A stretch of DNA of 64,000 nt from NCBI GenBank assembly GCA_963780745.1, contig CAWACT010000001.1:148737-212736 (forward strand), in the 5' to 3' direction. Both the position numbers and the translations under genes were made by a program. Of the stretch, positions 8,917 to 18,657 are shown piece after piece. The stretch is from an uncultured Actinomycetes bacterium (GTDB taxonomy: Bacteria > Actinomycetota > Acidimicrobiia > Spongiisociales > DATADW01). How positions within the stretch are numbered: position 1 is the stretch's first letter; every line of letters begins with the position of its first letter. The notes below the pieces were generated by a model. It did not search any database and was not told where the DNA came from. It saw only the letters and a program-made list of their open reading frames with translations.

Positions 8917-11272
8917 CTACTGGCGCGCCATGGCGATCCGCAGCCGCTCCTCCGGCCCGATCAGGTGATCGACATCCTCGGCGGCCTCGTCGACGTCGAC
9001 CTGCACCCAGCGGACCCGCCCAGTGAAATGACTGTCCTTCGGCCCGTAGTCGTCGCTAACCGGCGTGGCGCTGTCGCTTCCCACATCGGTGGTCTCATCC
9101 GCGGAGAAGAGCATCGGCACGGTTGCCGTCACCCGACCCTCGCCGACCTGGTCTCCGTCGACGAAGAAGGAGATCGTGCCTCCCTTGCCGATGCCTCCCC
9201 CGTCGTAGGCGAACTCCATCCGCACCTGGTGCTCGCCCTCCGGGATCGGCGCCTCGCCGTAGACCTTGAACTGCTCCAGACCGAAGAGGTTGTAGCAATA
9301 GGCCGGCTTGCCCTCCTTGAGGTAGAGGCTGAAGCCGCCGAAGGCACCTCCCTGCGACACGATGACACCGTTGGCGCCACGCTCGGGAATGACTACCTGA
9401 GCGGTGATGGCGAATGACTTGTTCTTGGTCACCACGATCGAGTTCTCCGAGAGCCGGCCCATCCCGCCGAACAGCACCTGCGAATTGCCCTTGACCAACT
9501 GTGGACGGCCGGCAAGGTCGGGGTTGAACCGCTCGAAGCGGCGGTCGTCCAAAGGAAGCACGTTGTACTTCATCGCCTCCATCAGGAACAGCCGTTGCAG
9601 CTCGTGGAGCTTCTCGGGCTGCTCGTCGGCGAGGTTGTGTGCCTGCGTCCAGTCGTCGGGGCCATACAGCTCCCATACGTCGTCGTCGAAGGCCGGCATC
9701 TCGGTCGAGACCCAGGGGATGCTGTGCCGGGTCACCGCGGTCCATCCGTTGTGGTAGATGCCCCGATTGCAGAACATCTCGAAGTACTGGGTGGTGCGCC
9801 GTTCCTCGGCCCCGGCATCGTCGAACGAGTAGGCCATGCTGACGCCTTGGAGCGGCATCTGCTGGACGCCGTGGACGCTGACCGGCTCGGGAAGCCCGGC
9901 CGCCTCGAGCACGGTCGGGGCGACATCGATGACGTGGTGGAACTGCGGCCGGACCTCCCCCTTGGCGGTGACACCGTCCGGCCAGTGCACGATGGTGCCG
10001 TTCCGGGTGCCGCCCCAGTGGGAGGCGATCTGCTTGGTCCACTGGTAGGGGGTGTCCATGGCGTGGGCCCAGCCCACCGCGTAGTGGTTGTACGCCCGGG
10101 GGGTGCCGAAATCGTCGATGTGCTCCCTCATGAACTCGACGGTCTCGAGCCCGAACGCGCCGTTGAGGACGACCAACTCGTTGAAACAGCCGTTGGGGGT
10201 GCCCTCGGCCGAGGCGCCGTTGTCGCCGATGATGTAATAGACGAGAGTGTCGTCGAGGATCTCGAGGTCGGAGAGGGAATCGATCAGCCGCCCGACGTGG
10301 TGGTCGGTGTGCTCGAGGAACCCGGCGAAGACCTCCATCTGGCGGGCGAGCACCGGCTTCAGGTCGTCGGGCATGTCGTCCCACGCCGGGATCTCGGCGG
10401 GGCGGGCGGTCAACTCGGCATCCGCCGGAATGACGCCGATCTCCTTCTGGCGGGCGATGGTCTCCTCGCGGAGCCGGTCCCATCCCTGGTCGAACTTCCC
10501 CTTGTACTTGTCCGACCACTCCGGCGCCACATGGTGCGGGGCGTGGGTGGCACCGGGGGCGAAGTAGATGAAGAACGGCTTGTCGGGCATCAGCGCCTTC
10601 TGCTGGCGGATCCAGTCGATTGCCCGGTCGGTCATGTCCTCGGTGAAGTGGTATCCCTCCTCAGGAGTGCGATCGGGCTCGACCGGCACCGTGTCGCGGT
10701 AGATCGCCGGCGCCCACTGGTTGGTCTCGCCTCCGATGAACCCGTAGAAGTGCTCGAACCCGGACCCGGTGGGCCACTGGTGGAAGGGTCCCATCGGGCT
10801 TGTCTCCCATACCGGGACCTCGTGGCACTTGCCGAACTGGGCCGTGGCGTAGCCGTTGAGCTTGAGGATCTCGGCCAGCGGCGCCGCCGTGTTGGGCCGC
10901 ACCGAGTTGTACCCCGGCGCCGAGGTGGCGATCTCGGTGATCCCGCCCATGCCGACCGAATGGTGGTTGCGGCCCGGTCAGCAGCGCCTGTCGCGTTGGG
11001 GAGCAGAGTGCGGTGGTGTGGAAGCGGTTGTACCGCAACCCTCCCGCCGCCAGCCGATCGGCCGTCGGGGTGTTCACCGGACCGCCAAACGTGCTCGCGG
11101 CCCCGAAGCCGCAGTCGTCGATCAGGACGATTAGCACATTTGGCGCGCCCTCCGGCGGTCGCAGTGGCTCGATCGGCGGAAACGACGTATCCGGGTCCTT
11201 TGCGTCGTACGTCACCAGACCGGTGTAAGCACGGTCGGGAATGGGAAGAACGTCGCGTCCCAACTCAGTCAT
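8917..11272 (-). pseudogene. arylsulfatase (formylglycine-type), one frame change
   Basis: ORF 10661..11272 gives the N-terminus with LIVLIDDCGFGAASTFGG and the CxPxR site (HTTALCSPTRQALLTG). ORF 8917..10950 gives the remaining 677 aa. Reading ACCGGCCGC instead of ACCGGGCCGC (~10965) yields ..LLTGRNHHSVGMGGITEIA... A GGAGAG Shine-Dalgarno precedes ATG 11272. Confidence 0.85.
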
Positions 11273-11335
11273 CAGCTCTCTCCATATCTCCCCCGGTAGG
11301 GGCGATCAGCGTCTCGGTCCTCTGGGGTCGTGCGT

Positions 11336-11347
11336 GGGGTTAACCCC
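11336..11347. promoter_or_regulatory. palindrome GGGGTTAACCCC ~64 nt upstream of the arylsulfatase start
   Basis: Perfect 12-bp palindrome. Its core GGGTTAACCC recurs at 59875-59884, upstream of the two-component operon. Confidence 0.35.
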
Positions 11348-11442
11348 AGGAGCGTGCTTGGGGCCTCTGTCGTGGCTGCATCCTCCCCTGGGTCGATGGT
11401 AGGGCGAGGTCGCTCAGGCGAGGAGCTTCGCTTACCGGGGAG

Positions 11443-12744
11443 TCAATCGAGGCGGTCGACGTGCCCGGAGGTACGCTCGGTGATTCGAAGCTGCCTTGGT
11501 GGAGCCAGTTCGGGTGTCTCCGATGGGCTGTAGTGCTCTGCGACGCCATCGGCGACCGTCCGGCCATACCAAGAGGCGAGTGGACGGGCGGTGAGCCCAT
11601 GGGCGAGGATGGATAAGAGGATCGTCCATGTGGCGACCTCGACCAGCCACTCCGGCGCAATGTCGCCACCCTCGAGCGTCTCGAATGCGAGCAGGGTGAA
11701 CACCACGGACGCCAGCCCTCTCGGACCGAACCAGCCCATGAAGGCCACCGATGATCGCCGAAGCCCAGAGCCGATCAAGGCGAGGGCGACCGGAACCATA
11801 CGCACGAGGGTGAGGCTGACCACCGCGTAGACAACCGCCACCGGGTGAATGGTCTCCGTGACTAGAGGCACGACCAACAGCGCGCCGAAGAGCGCCCACA
11901 CGAGGAAAGACAGCAGGAGCCCGACGTCCTCGGTGAACGACGTCGCCTCGGTGAGCGCTCCACGCGACGCCGCGGCGAAGAGGAGCCCGGCGCCGAAGGC
12001 TGCCACGAATCCGTTCCCTCCGGCCGCTACCGACCCGGCGTAGGCCAACAGCGCCGTGGCCAGCACCGCCAGCCGGTCGGACGTCTCCGACGTCCAACCC
12101 CTTCGGCGGGCGGCGGCAACCAGGCGTCCTACCCCCGCACCCACGACGATGGCCACGACAACAGCCACTCCGAGCTCCGTGGCGGCCTCAGCGAGCCAGT
12201 CGGTCGGCCCCGCCCCCACCTCGGCAACCAAGATCGCAAGGAACAGCGTGACCAAGGGGGTGGCGAGGCCGTCGTTGAGGCCGCTCTCCACGTTGAGGGC
12301 CCGGCGAATACGCCCCGGGACCGATCGATCGGAGAACACCCCGAGCCCGAGGGCAGCGTCGGTCGGGGCGAGGATCGTGCCCACCAGAGCGGCGGCCGCC
12401 CATCCGACCTCGGGTCCGAGCAAGCCGGCAACGAGAGTGCCGGCCAGGACGGTGAGAGGGAACCCGATCAACAACAGCCGAAGCGGGAGGCTGGCATCGA
12501 GCCGGACTCGACTCCAACGCAGCGTCGATGCGTCCGCAAACAGGAGGATGGCCAAGGTGAGTTCGACCACGACCTTCACTGCCTCGGTATTCGAGGCGAT
12601 GTCGAGAATGCCGGCACCGTGTGGACCTATCACCGCACCGACCAACACGAAGACCATGGGTGCCGTGATCGACCACCGTTCCAGCCGCGCCGCGACAAGC
12701 GAGTAGGCAATGAACACGGCACCGAGAACCGCAAGCCCTATCAC
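11443..12744 (-). CDS. cation:proton antiporter (Na+/H+ exchanger, CPA1 family)
   Basis: 433-aa ORF with 10-12 hydrophobic segments. Motifs ..ILAPTDAALG.., ..LNVESGLNDGLATPL.. and ..FGPRGLASVVF.. are typical of NhaP-type exchangers. GTG 12744 is preceded by GGAGG. Confidence 0.85.
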   Translation of the reverse strand: MIGLAVLGAVFIAYSLVAARLERWSITAPMVFVLVGAVIGPHGAGILDIASNTEAVKVVVELTLAILLFADASTLRWSRVRLDASLPLRLLLIGFPLTVLAGTLVAGLLGPEVGWAAAALVGTILAPTDAALGLGVFSDRSVPGRIRRALNVESGLNDGLATPLVTLFLAILVAEVGAGPTDWLAEAATELGVAVVVAIVVGAGVGRLVAAARRRGWTSETSDRLAVLATALLAYAGSVAAGGNGFVAAFGAGLLFAAASRGALTEATSFTEDVGLLLSFLVWALFGALLVVPLVTETIHPVAVVYAVVSLTLVRMVPVALALIGSGLRRSSVAFMGWFGPRGLASVVFTLLAFETLEGGDIAPEWLVEVATWTILLSILAHGLTARPLASWYGRTVADGVAEHYSPSETPELAPPRQLRITERTSGHVDRLD

Positions 12745-12939
12745 CTCACCTCCTGAGCATGCAGTGTCGGATCACAGGCCTTGAAGCTATACGGCAACAA
12801 CCACGGGGAACAGGTACCACCCCTCAACCGGGTCTGGCGAACGGTGATAGGTTCGCCGCCTCTGACATCAGCCCATTGGGAATTCGAGTCGAGCTCGGAA
12901 GGCCGAGAGGATGGGCTCACCGTTGAACAGAGGAGGCCA

Positions 12940-13172
12940 ATGTCGGCCGAAGCAGATCCGCTCCCGTCCTGGAACGACACACCAACGAAGGCGGCGATCG
13001 TCGGTTTTCGTAAAGTCGCTCGCAATGGACGTCCCTGAAGAGGATCGGATTGCCGTCTTCGACAACGATGGCGGGAAGTCCTGCAACGTTTCGAGGAATC
13101 GACCAAGAGGCGCCGAGCTTCTCGGTGGACCAGGCCGTCGAGAAGATGAAGGAGGCGCTCGCCAGTCACTGA
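12940..13172 (+). pseudogene. HAD-family phosphatase remnant (N-terminal ~45 codons, one frame change, then an unrelated short tail)
   Basis: ATG 12940 follows AGGAGG. MSAEADPLPSWNDTPTKAAIVGF continues, after an extra C (~13006), as VKSLAMDVPEEDRIAVFDNDG, which is the DxDG nucleophile motif. The expected TLW... and the rest of a ~300-aa protein are missing. A different frame ends ..FSVDQAVEKMKEALASH at TGA 13170-13172. Confidence 0.5.
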
Positions 13173-13405
13173 CCTATAGCCGGGAACCTCTGAGTGCGGC
13201 GACGAGAGCACGGCTACAACCAACGGCTGTCCGAGCGCATGTTCATCACTGTCTTTGCGGTGGCCACTCGAACTCAATCGATGTGCTGGGCGCACTCACG
13301 ACCGCTCGGACCGTGCGAGGAAATCCACGATGATCGATCGCGGTCGGGCTCGAGGGATCAGAAGTGTCCCCGAGATGCCCGGAGCACAATCCATGGTGTC
13401 TGCTC

Positions 13406-14116
13406 TCAACGCCGTGTGGCACCCCGCCATCCACGACGACTCCTTAGAAAATGTAACCGAAGTGCGAAATCTCTCTGGCGCAAACACGCGCAAACTATGC
13501 TCTTCTCCTCTTCTCCCATTATCTCGCTGTAGTGGCGCGTGTCCACTCGGCAGCTCGCTTTGGTTCTGGGCAGCTCGACGCCGGGAGGCACGCCGAGCAA
13601 CGCCCTAATGTCTTCGATTTCCGACTTCAAGTCCTCATAGCGGCCTATATGGTCAACCGCGATCTCCCCCGCAATGCTGTAGATATCGAAATTCGACAGT
13701 GAGTCGGCGCTGATGGTGTGGAGGAAACTCAGAAGGGACGGACGAGGCTCCTGGCCGCGAGTCCGCCAGAAATAGAGCGACACTGCCTTGTCCCACGGGT
13801 TCCGTTCGAAGCAGAACTTGAAGTACTTGCGCCAAACTCCCCCGTCGATCAGAGATCGCATGTTCTCCGCTGTCATGTGGTTGTAGAAGAAGTCCGAGTG
13901 TCTGGAAGTAAGTCGGCCAATCCACCCCCGTGCCCCTCCAGACGGCCCTACCTTGAAGTTCTGTGGCCCTCGACATCGAAGGAGTTCGTCTTCGGGAGAG
14001 ATCGGCGTGATGATGTCTCCATCGCTGCAGAGCTCCGAAAGCGAGATCTCGAGACTCGTGCCGGCCGTCTTCCGAGTCTTCAAGAAGATGAACTGGTGTT
14101 CGTGGCAGACGATCAT
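13406..14116 (-). CDS. sulfotransferase family protein (lower-GC gene), 3' end altered by a 10-bp duplication
   Basis: 236-aa ORF. N-terminal FIFLKTRKTAGTSLE is the PAPS 5'-phosphosulfate-binding loop. Hand counts of 60-nt blocks give ~47-57% GC, against clearly higher flanks. Removing one copy of the 10-bp repeat at 13478-13497 restores ..EEKSIVCAREISHFGYIF, ending at TAA 13444-13446. Confidence 0.7.
   Translation of the reverse strand: MIVCHEHQFIFLKTRKTAGTSLEISLSELCSDGDIITPISPEDELLRCRGPQNFKVGPSGGARGWIGRLTSRHSDFFYNHMTAENMRSLIDGGVWRKYFKFCFERNPWDKAVSLYFWRTRGQEPRPSLLSFLHTISADSLSNFDIYSIAGEIAVDHIGRYEDLKSEIEDIRALLGVPPGVELPRTKASCRVDTRHYSEIMGEEEKSIVCACLRQRDFALRLHFLRSRRGWRGATRR
13478..13497. repeat. 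10-bp tandem duplication (gcgcaaacac/gcgcaaacta) inside the sulfotransferase 3' end
   Basis: Direct reading of the sequence; 8/10 positions are identical between the two units. It shifts the frame of the last ~17 codons. Confidence 0.8.
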
Positions 14117-14332
14117 CTCGTCCTACCGGAGAAGGACGTCACGGGAATCGGGGTACGGGTCGTGCTTGTCGGCCCAACGCCCCAGACTCCCTGCCCGAGG
14201 ATGTCGAAGCGGACAACCCGACCCGCGGCAGCGACCAACACCGCCAGCGCGGTTCGTTGCATTGGACCCCCTAAGCGGAACGGCTTGTCCCCCGCGGTGG
14301 CCTGTACCGGGCCCCGGGACCGCGAGGTCCAT
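14113..14332 (-). pseudogene. SARP/OmpR-type winged-helix regulator remnant (N-terminal ~70 codons, frame change)
   Basis: MDLAVPGP (ATG 14332) followed, in the next frame, by VQATAGDKPFRLGGPMQRTALAVLVAAAGRVVRFDILGQGVWGVGP fits the SARP N-terminal pattern M-f-vLGP--v---g--v-lgg-kqRalLa-Ll---g-vvs-d-Li--lWG--pP. The reading stops at the sulfotransferase start. Confidence 0.4.
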
Positions 14333-14571
14333 GACCAAACAATACGCGTCGGCGCCCATCGCTTGCTCCATGCCACCGACCGTAGGAAACGACACTCAAA
14401 GTTCGCTCAAAGGACGCCGGGTCGAATGAACGCGCCTCGTCGGCACAGCCATTCCACGGGTGGTTCCACAACGCTCGCAAGTCGAGCGGCCGCCGGGTTC
14501 ATTGGGAAACTGGCCTATCGTGGGCGAAGCCCGAATGGGTGGACGAACACTCCGAATGGGAGGAGAGCCAG

Positions 14572-14949
14572 ATGCGGAAGGTCGTGCACTTCGAGATTCC
14601 AGCCGACGACGTGGGGCGGGCCAAAGAGTTCTACGGGTCAGTATTCGAGTGGCAGCTGCAGGACATCGAGGGAATGGACTACACGTCGGTGACCACCGTC
14701 CCGGTCGATGACCAACAAATGCCATCCGAGCCGGGAGCGATCAATGGCGGACTGGTCGCTCGGTCGGAGGATGTCGCCGTCCCCGTGCTCACCGTCGACG
14801 TCAATTCGATCGACGAAACACTCAAGAGCGTCGAAGCCGCCGGCGGTAGCGTCGTTCGGAGTCGGAGCGAGATTCCCGGTATGGGCGCATATGCCTATCT
14901 GCGTGACACCGAGGGCAACGTCGTCGGGCTGTGGGAGACCCCGCAGTAG
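14572..14949 (+). CDS. VOC (glyoxalase/bleomycin-resistance) family protein
   Basis: ORF 14539..14949, with the start set at ATG 14572 (MRKVVHFEIPADD) after GGGAGGAG. ..AKEFYGSVFEWQL.. and ..YAYLRDTEGNVVGLWE.. are typical of VOC proteins. Confidence 0.8.
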   Translation: MRKVVHFEIPADDVGRAKEFYGSVFEWQLQDIEGMDYTSVTTVPVDDQQMPSEPGAINGGLVARSEDVAVPVLTVDVNSIDETLKSVEAAGGSVVRSRSEIPGMGAYAYLRDTEGNVVGLWETPQ

Positions 14950-15024
14950 GTACTCCGCAACCCAGGGTTCGAAGCGCGCCACAGCAGCCGCTCCAGCCCA
15001 CAGTCCGACTCGGCCGGCGAGTCC

Positions 15025-15819
15025 TCAGCGATAGAGGGCGGTACGGCGAAGCTGCAGCGTGGGCTCGTGCTCTCTCTCGGCGTCCATCACGGTGAAGTCG
15101 AGGTCAGCGATGACAAGTCCCTCTTCGTAGTCAGCCTCGGCCAGCACTTCGCCTCGAGGATCGGCTATGAGCGATCCACCGCAGAAACCGGGTCGGGTGA
15201 GGTTGGCCGCAACCACGAAGAGCTGATTGTCCTGCGCTCGGGCCCGCGACCGCAGGGTGAGCAGATGGCGGTAGCCATCGCCGACTGCGGAAGGGATGGC
15301 GATCACCACCGCACCGTCCAGCGCGAGGCTGGCGAAGATCTCCGGGAAGGCATGCTCGAAGCAGATCGCGACGCCGAGACGGCCGAACGAACAAGGGATG
15401 GTCATCAACTGATCACCGGCGGCGAAATGTCCCTCTTCCAACGGGTATAGGTGGGACTTCCGGTAGGCAGACACCGACCCATCCGGCTGCACCGCAACCA
15501 CCGTGTCGTAGATAAACCCATCGTCGCCCGCCTCGAGGATGCCCGCCATCAGCACCGCACCGTGATCGGCGGCGAGCGGTCGGAGTGCTGCCACCGTTGG
15601 ACCCTCCACCGGTTCGGCCAACTCGCGCCCGATGCGTTGGAGACCCTCGAGGTCGTAACCGGTTATCACCAACTCGGGGGCTACGACCAGGTCGAGATCC
15701 TCGTCCATCTCTTCGATGGCCTTGACCAGCCGTTCGCGATTCGCTTCGGCCTCGCCGAAGGGGGCGCCCAGTTGCAGGGCGGCGACACGCAGCGTCGACG
15801 GACGAGTGACGGTAGACAT
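15025..15819 (-). CDS. carbon-nitrogen hydrolase (nitrilase superfamily)
   Basis: ORF 15025..15981, with the start at ATG 15819 (MSTVTRPSTLRVAALQL). The Glu-Lys-Cys triad contexts are present (VVAPELVITGY, YRKSHLY, LGVAICFEHAFPE). Confidence 0.85.
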   Translation of the reverse strand: MSTVTRPSTLRVAALQLGAPFGEAEANRERLVKAIEEMDEDLDLVVAPELVITGYDLEGLQRIGRELAEPVEGPTVAALRPLAADHGAVLMAGILEAGDDGFIYDTVVAVQPDGSVSAYRKSHLYPLEEGHFAAGDQLMTIPCSFGRLGVAICFEHAFPEIFASLALDGAVVIAIPSAVGDGYRHLLTLRSRARAQDNQLFVVAANLTRPGFCGGSLIADPRGEVLAEADYEEGLVIADLDFTVMDAEREHEPTLQLRRTALYR

Positions 15820-15909
15820 ACTTCTCCGTTCTTGATCGCCATGAAAGGTACAGGGGAGTTGCGCAAGGGGGCGGACCACCACCGCGCAAACGGGCGCCCC
15901 GCGGCGATA

Positions 15910-17392
15910 ATGACGTCGTACCGACCGAAAGGTGCCGCGGGACCGAGCACGTTGGACCGGGGGACCAAGGTGAGCCATCAAGGCGTCGGCATTACGTTGG
16001 GGCCATCCGATGACCGACCACCGACTCCGAGGACAGTCGGGTGGCTCCCCGTCGTCCTCGTCATCGGGGTGGTGGCTCTCCTCTTAGGGATCCCGACCGC
16101 GCCGCTCCGGGTGAATCCAACAAACGAGGTTGATCGGCGGCTCCCCGGTGTCGAGGCTCCGACGATCGCGGTAGATCCCCAATCACCCGGGGCGACGATG
16201 TCGCCCGATTGGCAGTTGCTCGACAGGGGTCCTCTGTCTCCCCGCTGGCCGGCGGTGATCGCCCGGACCGACGAGGAACTCGTCATTTGGGGCGGGACCG
16301 TCTTCAGAGGGGCGGAGGGCCTCGGCGACGGGGCCGCCTACAACCCCACCACAGACTCCTGGCGGCGGCTTGGGCCGAGTCCGTTGGGAGCGGTCCGTGA
16401 GGCGCAGTGGCTGTGGACCGGCAGTGAGCTCGTGGTGCGATCGACCGACGGAGTGACGACCGAGGATGTGACAGCGGGCTGGGATCCGGCCGGGAACAGC
16501 TGGCGCCCGCTAGCGGAATGGCCATTGCGGGGCAGGTCTTCGGACGCGCTGGTTTGGACCGGCTCCACCATCATCGACGTAGCCACTTCCACGGCTATTG
16601 ACCTCGGCAGTGGCGACACCCGACCAATCGCCGGTTCGCAGTACCGGACGGGTAGTTCCGCGATATGGACCGGTGACGACGTCCTGGTGTTCCCCGGTGG
16701 GGCATACGACCCGATCGCGGACCGGTGGCGACCATTGTCCCGCGGTCCGCTGGGGGGTAGCGCGACCGCCGCCGCCTGGCTCGATAACCGCGCCGTCGTG
16801 GTCGACTCCGAGCTCAACTCCGCCGTGTACCACCCAGACACTGACTCCTGGTCGTCCCTGCCCGACCTCCCGCTGCCATCTCTGGGCTGTGACCCCCGCA
16901 TCCACACGGCCGGGCGAACGATCATCGCCGAGATTTGTGGCGACATTGCCCTGCTGGACACCGACGCCGGGACTTGGATGCCGTTGGCACCCCCAAGGTC
17001 GCTGGAGACCAATACGGTGGTGACCGGAGGAGACCAGCTCTACGCATGGGGTGAGGGGTTCTATCTCCTACGCGACCGGCTTCTGGCCGGCTCGCAGCCA
17101 ACGCGCCTCATGGTCGGCACGACGGCATTGGATGTCCCTAGCGGCTGGACAGTGGGTCGAAGCCGGCCTTGCCGCACCCGACCACATCGAGGTCCTACTG
17201 GGCGGTCCAGCGGGTGAGAACTGCACGGCGTCCTCGTTGCGGCGCGGTGCCGGGTACGAGTCCTCAAACGGCGGGACCGAAAGCGAGTCGATGACATGGC
17301 AGGTATCGGACCGAGAGGTCTTCGACCTCGCCTGCACTTCCGCATCAGCCGTCGAAATGGTCGCCGCAGGTGTCATCGTTCCCAGCCAATAG
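15910..17392 (+). pseudogene. membrane-anchored Kelch-like beta-propeller protein, one frame change near the 3' end
   Basis: ATG 15910 within ORF 15451..17217. One TM segment (WLPVVLVIGVVALLLGI), then repeats YNPTTDSWRRL / WDPAGNSWRPL / YDPIADRWRPL / YHPDTDSWSSL / DTDAGTWMPL. The tail continues in ORF 17051..17392 (..EAGLAAPDHIEVLLGGPAGEN..) if one G of GTGGGTC (~17156) is dropped. Confidence 0.7.
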
Positions 17393-17410
17393 CCGGACGA
17401 GCGAGGGATC

Positions 17411-17502
17411 TCCCCAGCCCTGGGTTGGCAGCCACCCCCTGGGTACTCCCCAGCCCAGGGTTGGCAGCTACCCCCTGGGTACTCCCCAACCCTGGGTTGG
17501 CG
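17411..17502. repeat. 36-bp tandem repeat, 2.5 copies, between convergent genes
   Basis: tccccagccctgggttggcagccaccccctgggtac / tccccagcccagggttggcagctaccccctgggtac / tccccaaccctgggttggcg. Each unit contains AACCC(W)GGGTT-type mini-hairpins. The repeat abuts the aldo/keto reductase stop at 17503. Confidence 0.9.
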
Positions 17503-18642
17503 TCAGACGACCAGCGGTGACGGCCCACCCCGGGTGCCGAGTTCCTCCCACAATCGGTAGGGCGCTGCGTCCTCGATGAACCCATACGGGTAGTCGGGAA
17601 GCCCAGGGGCGGCCACCACGTCGAGGCGTTGCGCCTCGTCCGATGTCAAGCTCCACTCGAGGGCGGCGAGATTCTCGTCTAACTGATCGACGGTGCGAGC
17701 ACCGAGAATCACCGAAGACACGCTCGGACGGCGCCGTAGCCAGTTGAGGGCGACTTGGGCGTGGCCTACCCCCCGCGCCGAGGCGATGGCTCCTACCTCG
17801 TCGAGTATCCGCCAGGTCCGCTCGGTGTTTCGGATGGCATAGGCCTCCACTCCCCGCGCCGGGTTGTCGCCGAGCCTGGTCGCACCGGACGGAAGCTGGT
17901 CGGGGCGGTATTTCCCGGCGAGCCAACCGCCGCCAAGAGGCGACCACGGCAGCAGGCCAATCCCCTCCTCAACACATTGCGGAATCAGTTCCCACTCGAT
18001 GTGACGGTCGAGCAGGTTGTACTGCGCCTGGTACGACACGATCGGTGGTGCTCCCATGTGGCGGGCGGTGAGCAGATACCGCTGGAGCTGCCACCCGGTG
18101 ACATTGGAAACACCGACGTAGCGCACCTTGCCCGCCCGGACCATGTCGCCGAGTGTCGCCAGGGTCTCTTCGAGCGGCGAGGACGAATCCCAGCAGTGGA
18201 TCTGGTAAAGGTCGATGACGTCGACCCCGAGACGATGGAGGCTGGCGTCCAATGCCCGCGTGAGATGGCGGCGACCCGCCCCCCTATCCGTGGGGTGAGG
18301 GCCAGTTCCGAAAAACGCCTTGGTGGCGATCACGAGATGGTCGAGGTCGGAGCGGGAAGCGAGCCATCTCCCGATGATCTGCTCGGACCGCCCCTGGGCA
18401 TAGGCATCGGCAGTGTCGATCAGGGTGCCCCCTGTTTCGACGAAGCGATCGAGCATGGCGTGCGACACCGCCTCCTCGGCCTCATCACCGAAGGTCATGG
18501 TTCCCATGGAGAACACACTCACCTCGAGCCCAGAGCCGCCCAGACGCCGCCGCTCCATTTCGTTCCCCCGCCGTTCTGGCGGTGCGCCGGCCGGATCCTC
18601 CGGATCTGTAGCGGCGTGTTCGGTAGTGGTGCCAGACGTCAT
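17503..18642 (-). CDS. aldo/keto reductase
   Basis: 379-aa ORF with ..GTMTFGDE.., LIDTADAYAQGRSEQIIG, IDLYQIHCWD and VILGARTVDQLDENL. Alternative start at MERRRLGGSG (~18558). Confidence 0.9.
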   Translation of the reverse strand: MTSGTTTEHAATDPEDPAGAPPERRGNEMERRRLGGSGLEVSVFSMGTMTFGDEAEEAVSHAMLDRFVETGGTLIDTADAYAQGRSEQIIGRWLASRSDLDHLVIATKAFFGTGPHPTDRGAGRRHLTRALDASLHRLGVDVIDLYQIHCWDSSSPLEETLATLGDMVRAGKVRYVGVSNVTGWQLQRYLLTARHMGAPPIVSYQAQYNLLDRHIEWELIPQCVEEGIGLLPWSPLGGGWLAGKYRPDQLPSGATRLGDNPARGVEAYAIRNTERTWRILDEVGAIASARGVGHAQVALNWLRRRPSVSSVILGARTVDQLDENLAALEWSLTSDEAQRLDVVAAPGLPDYPYGFIEDAAPYRLWEELGTRGGPSPLVV

Positions 18643-18657
18643 CGGATCACCTCCGGT

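Noticed and set aside
9595-11343. Very long ORFs antisense to recognised genes. Examples are 9595-11343 (582 aa), 13718-14692, 17755-18777, 19506-20483, 21019-22152, 43526-44950, 47402-48394, 54002-55015, 60026-61423 and 62605-63486.
   Set aside because: These are typical high-GC shadow ORFs. Their composition is Arg/Gly/Pro/His-rich and low-complexity, with no recognisable motifs. Each fully overlaps a gene with strong family signatures on the other strand.
17411-17502. The tandem repeat as a possible CRISPR array.
   Set aside because: The units are directly adjacent with no spacers. There are only 2.5 copies, and no cas genes are present anywhere in the window.
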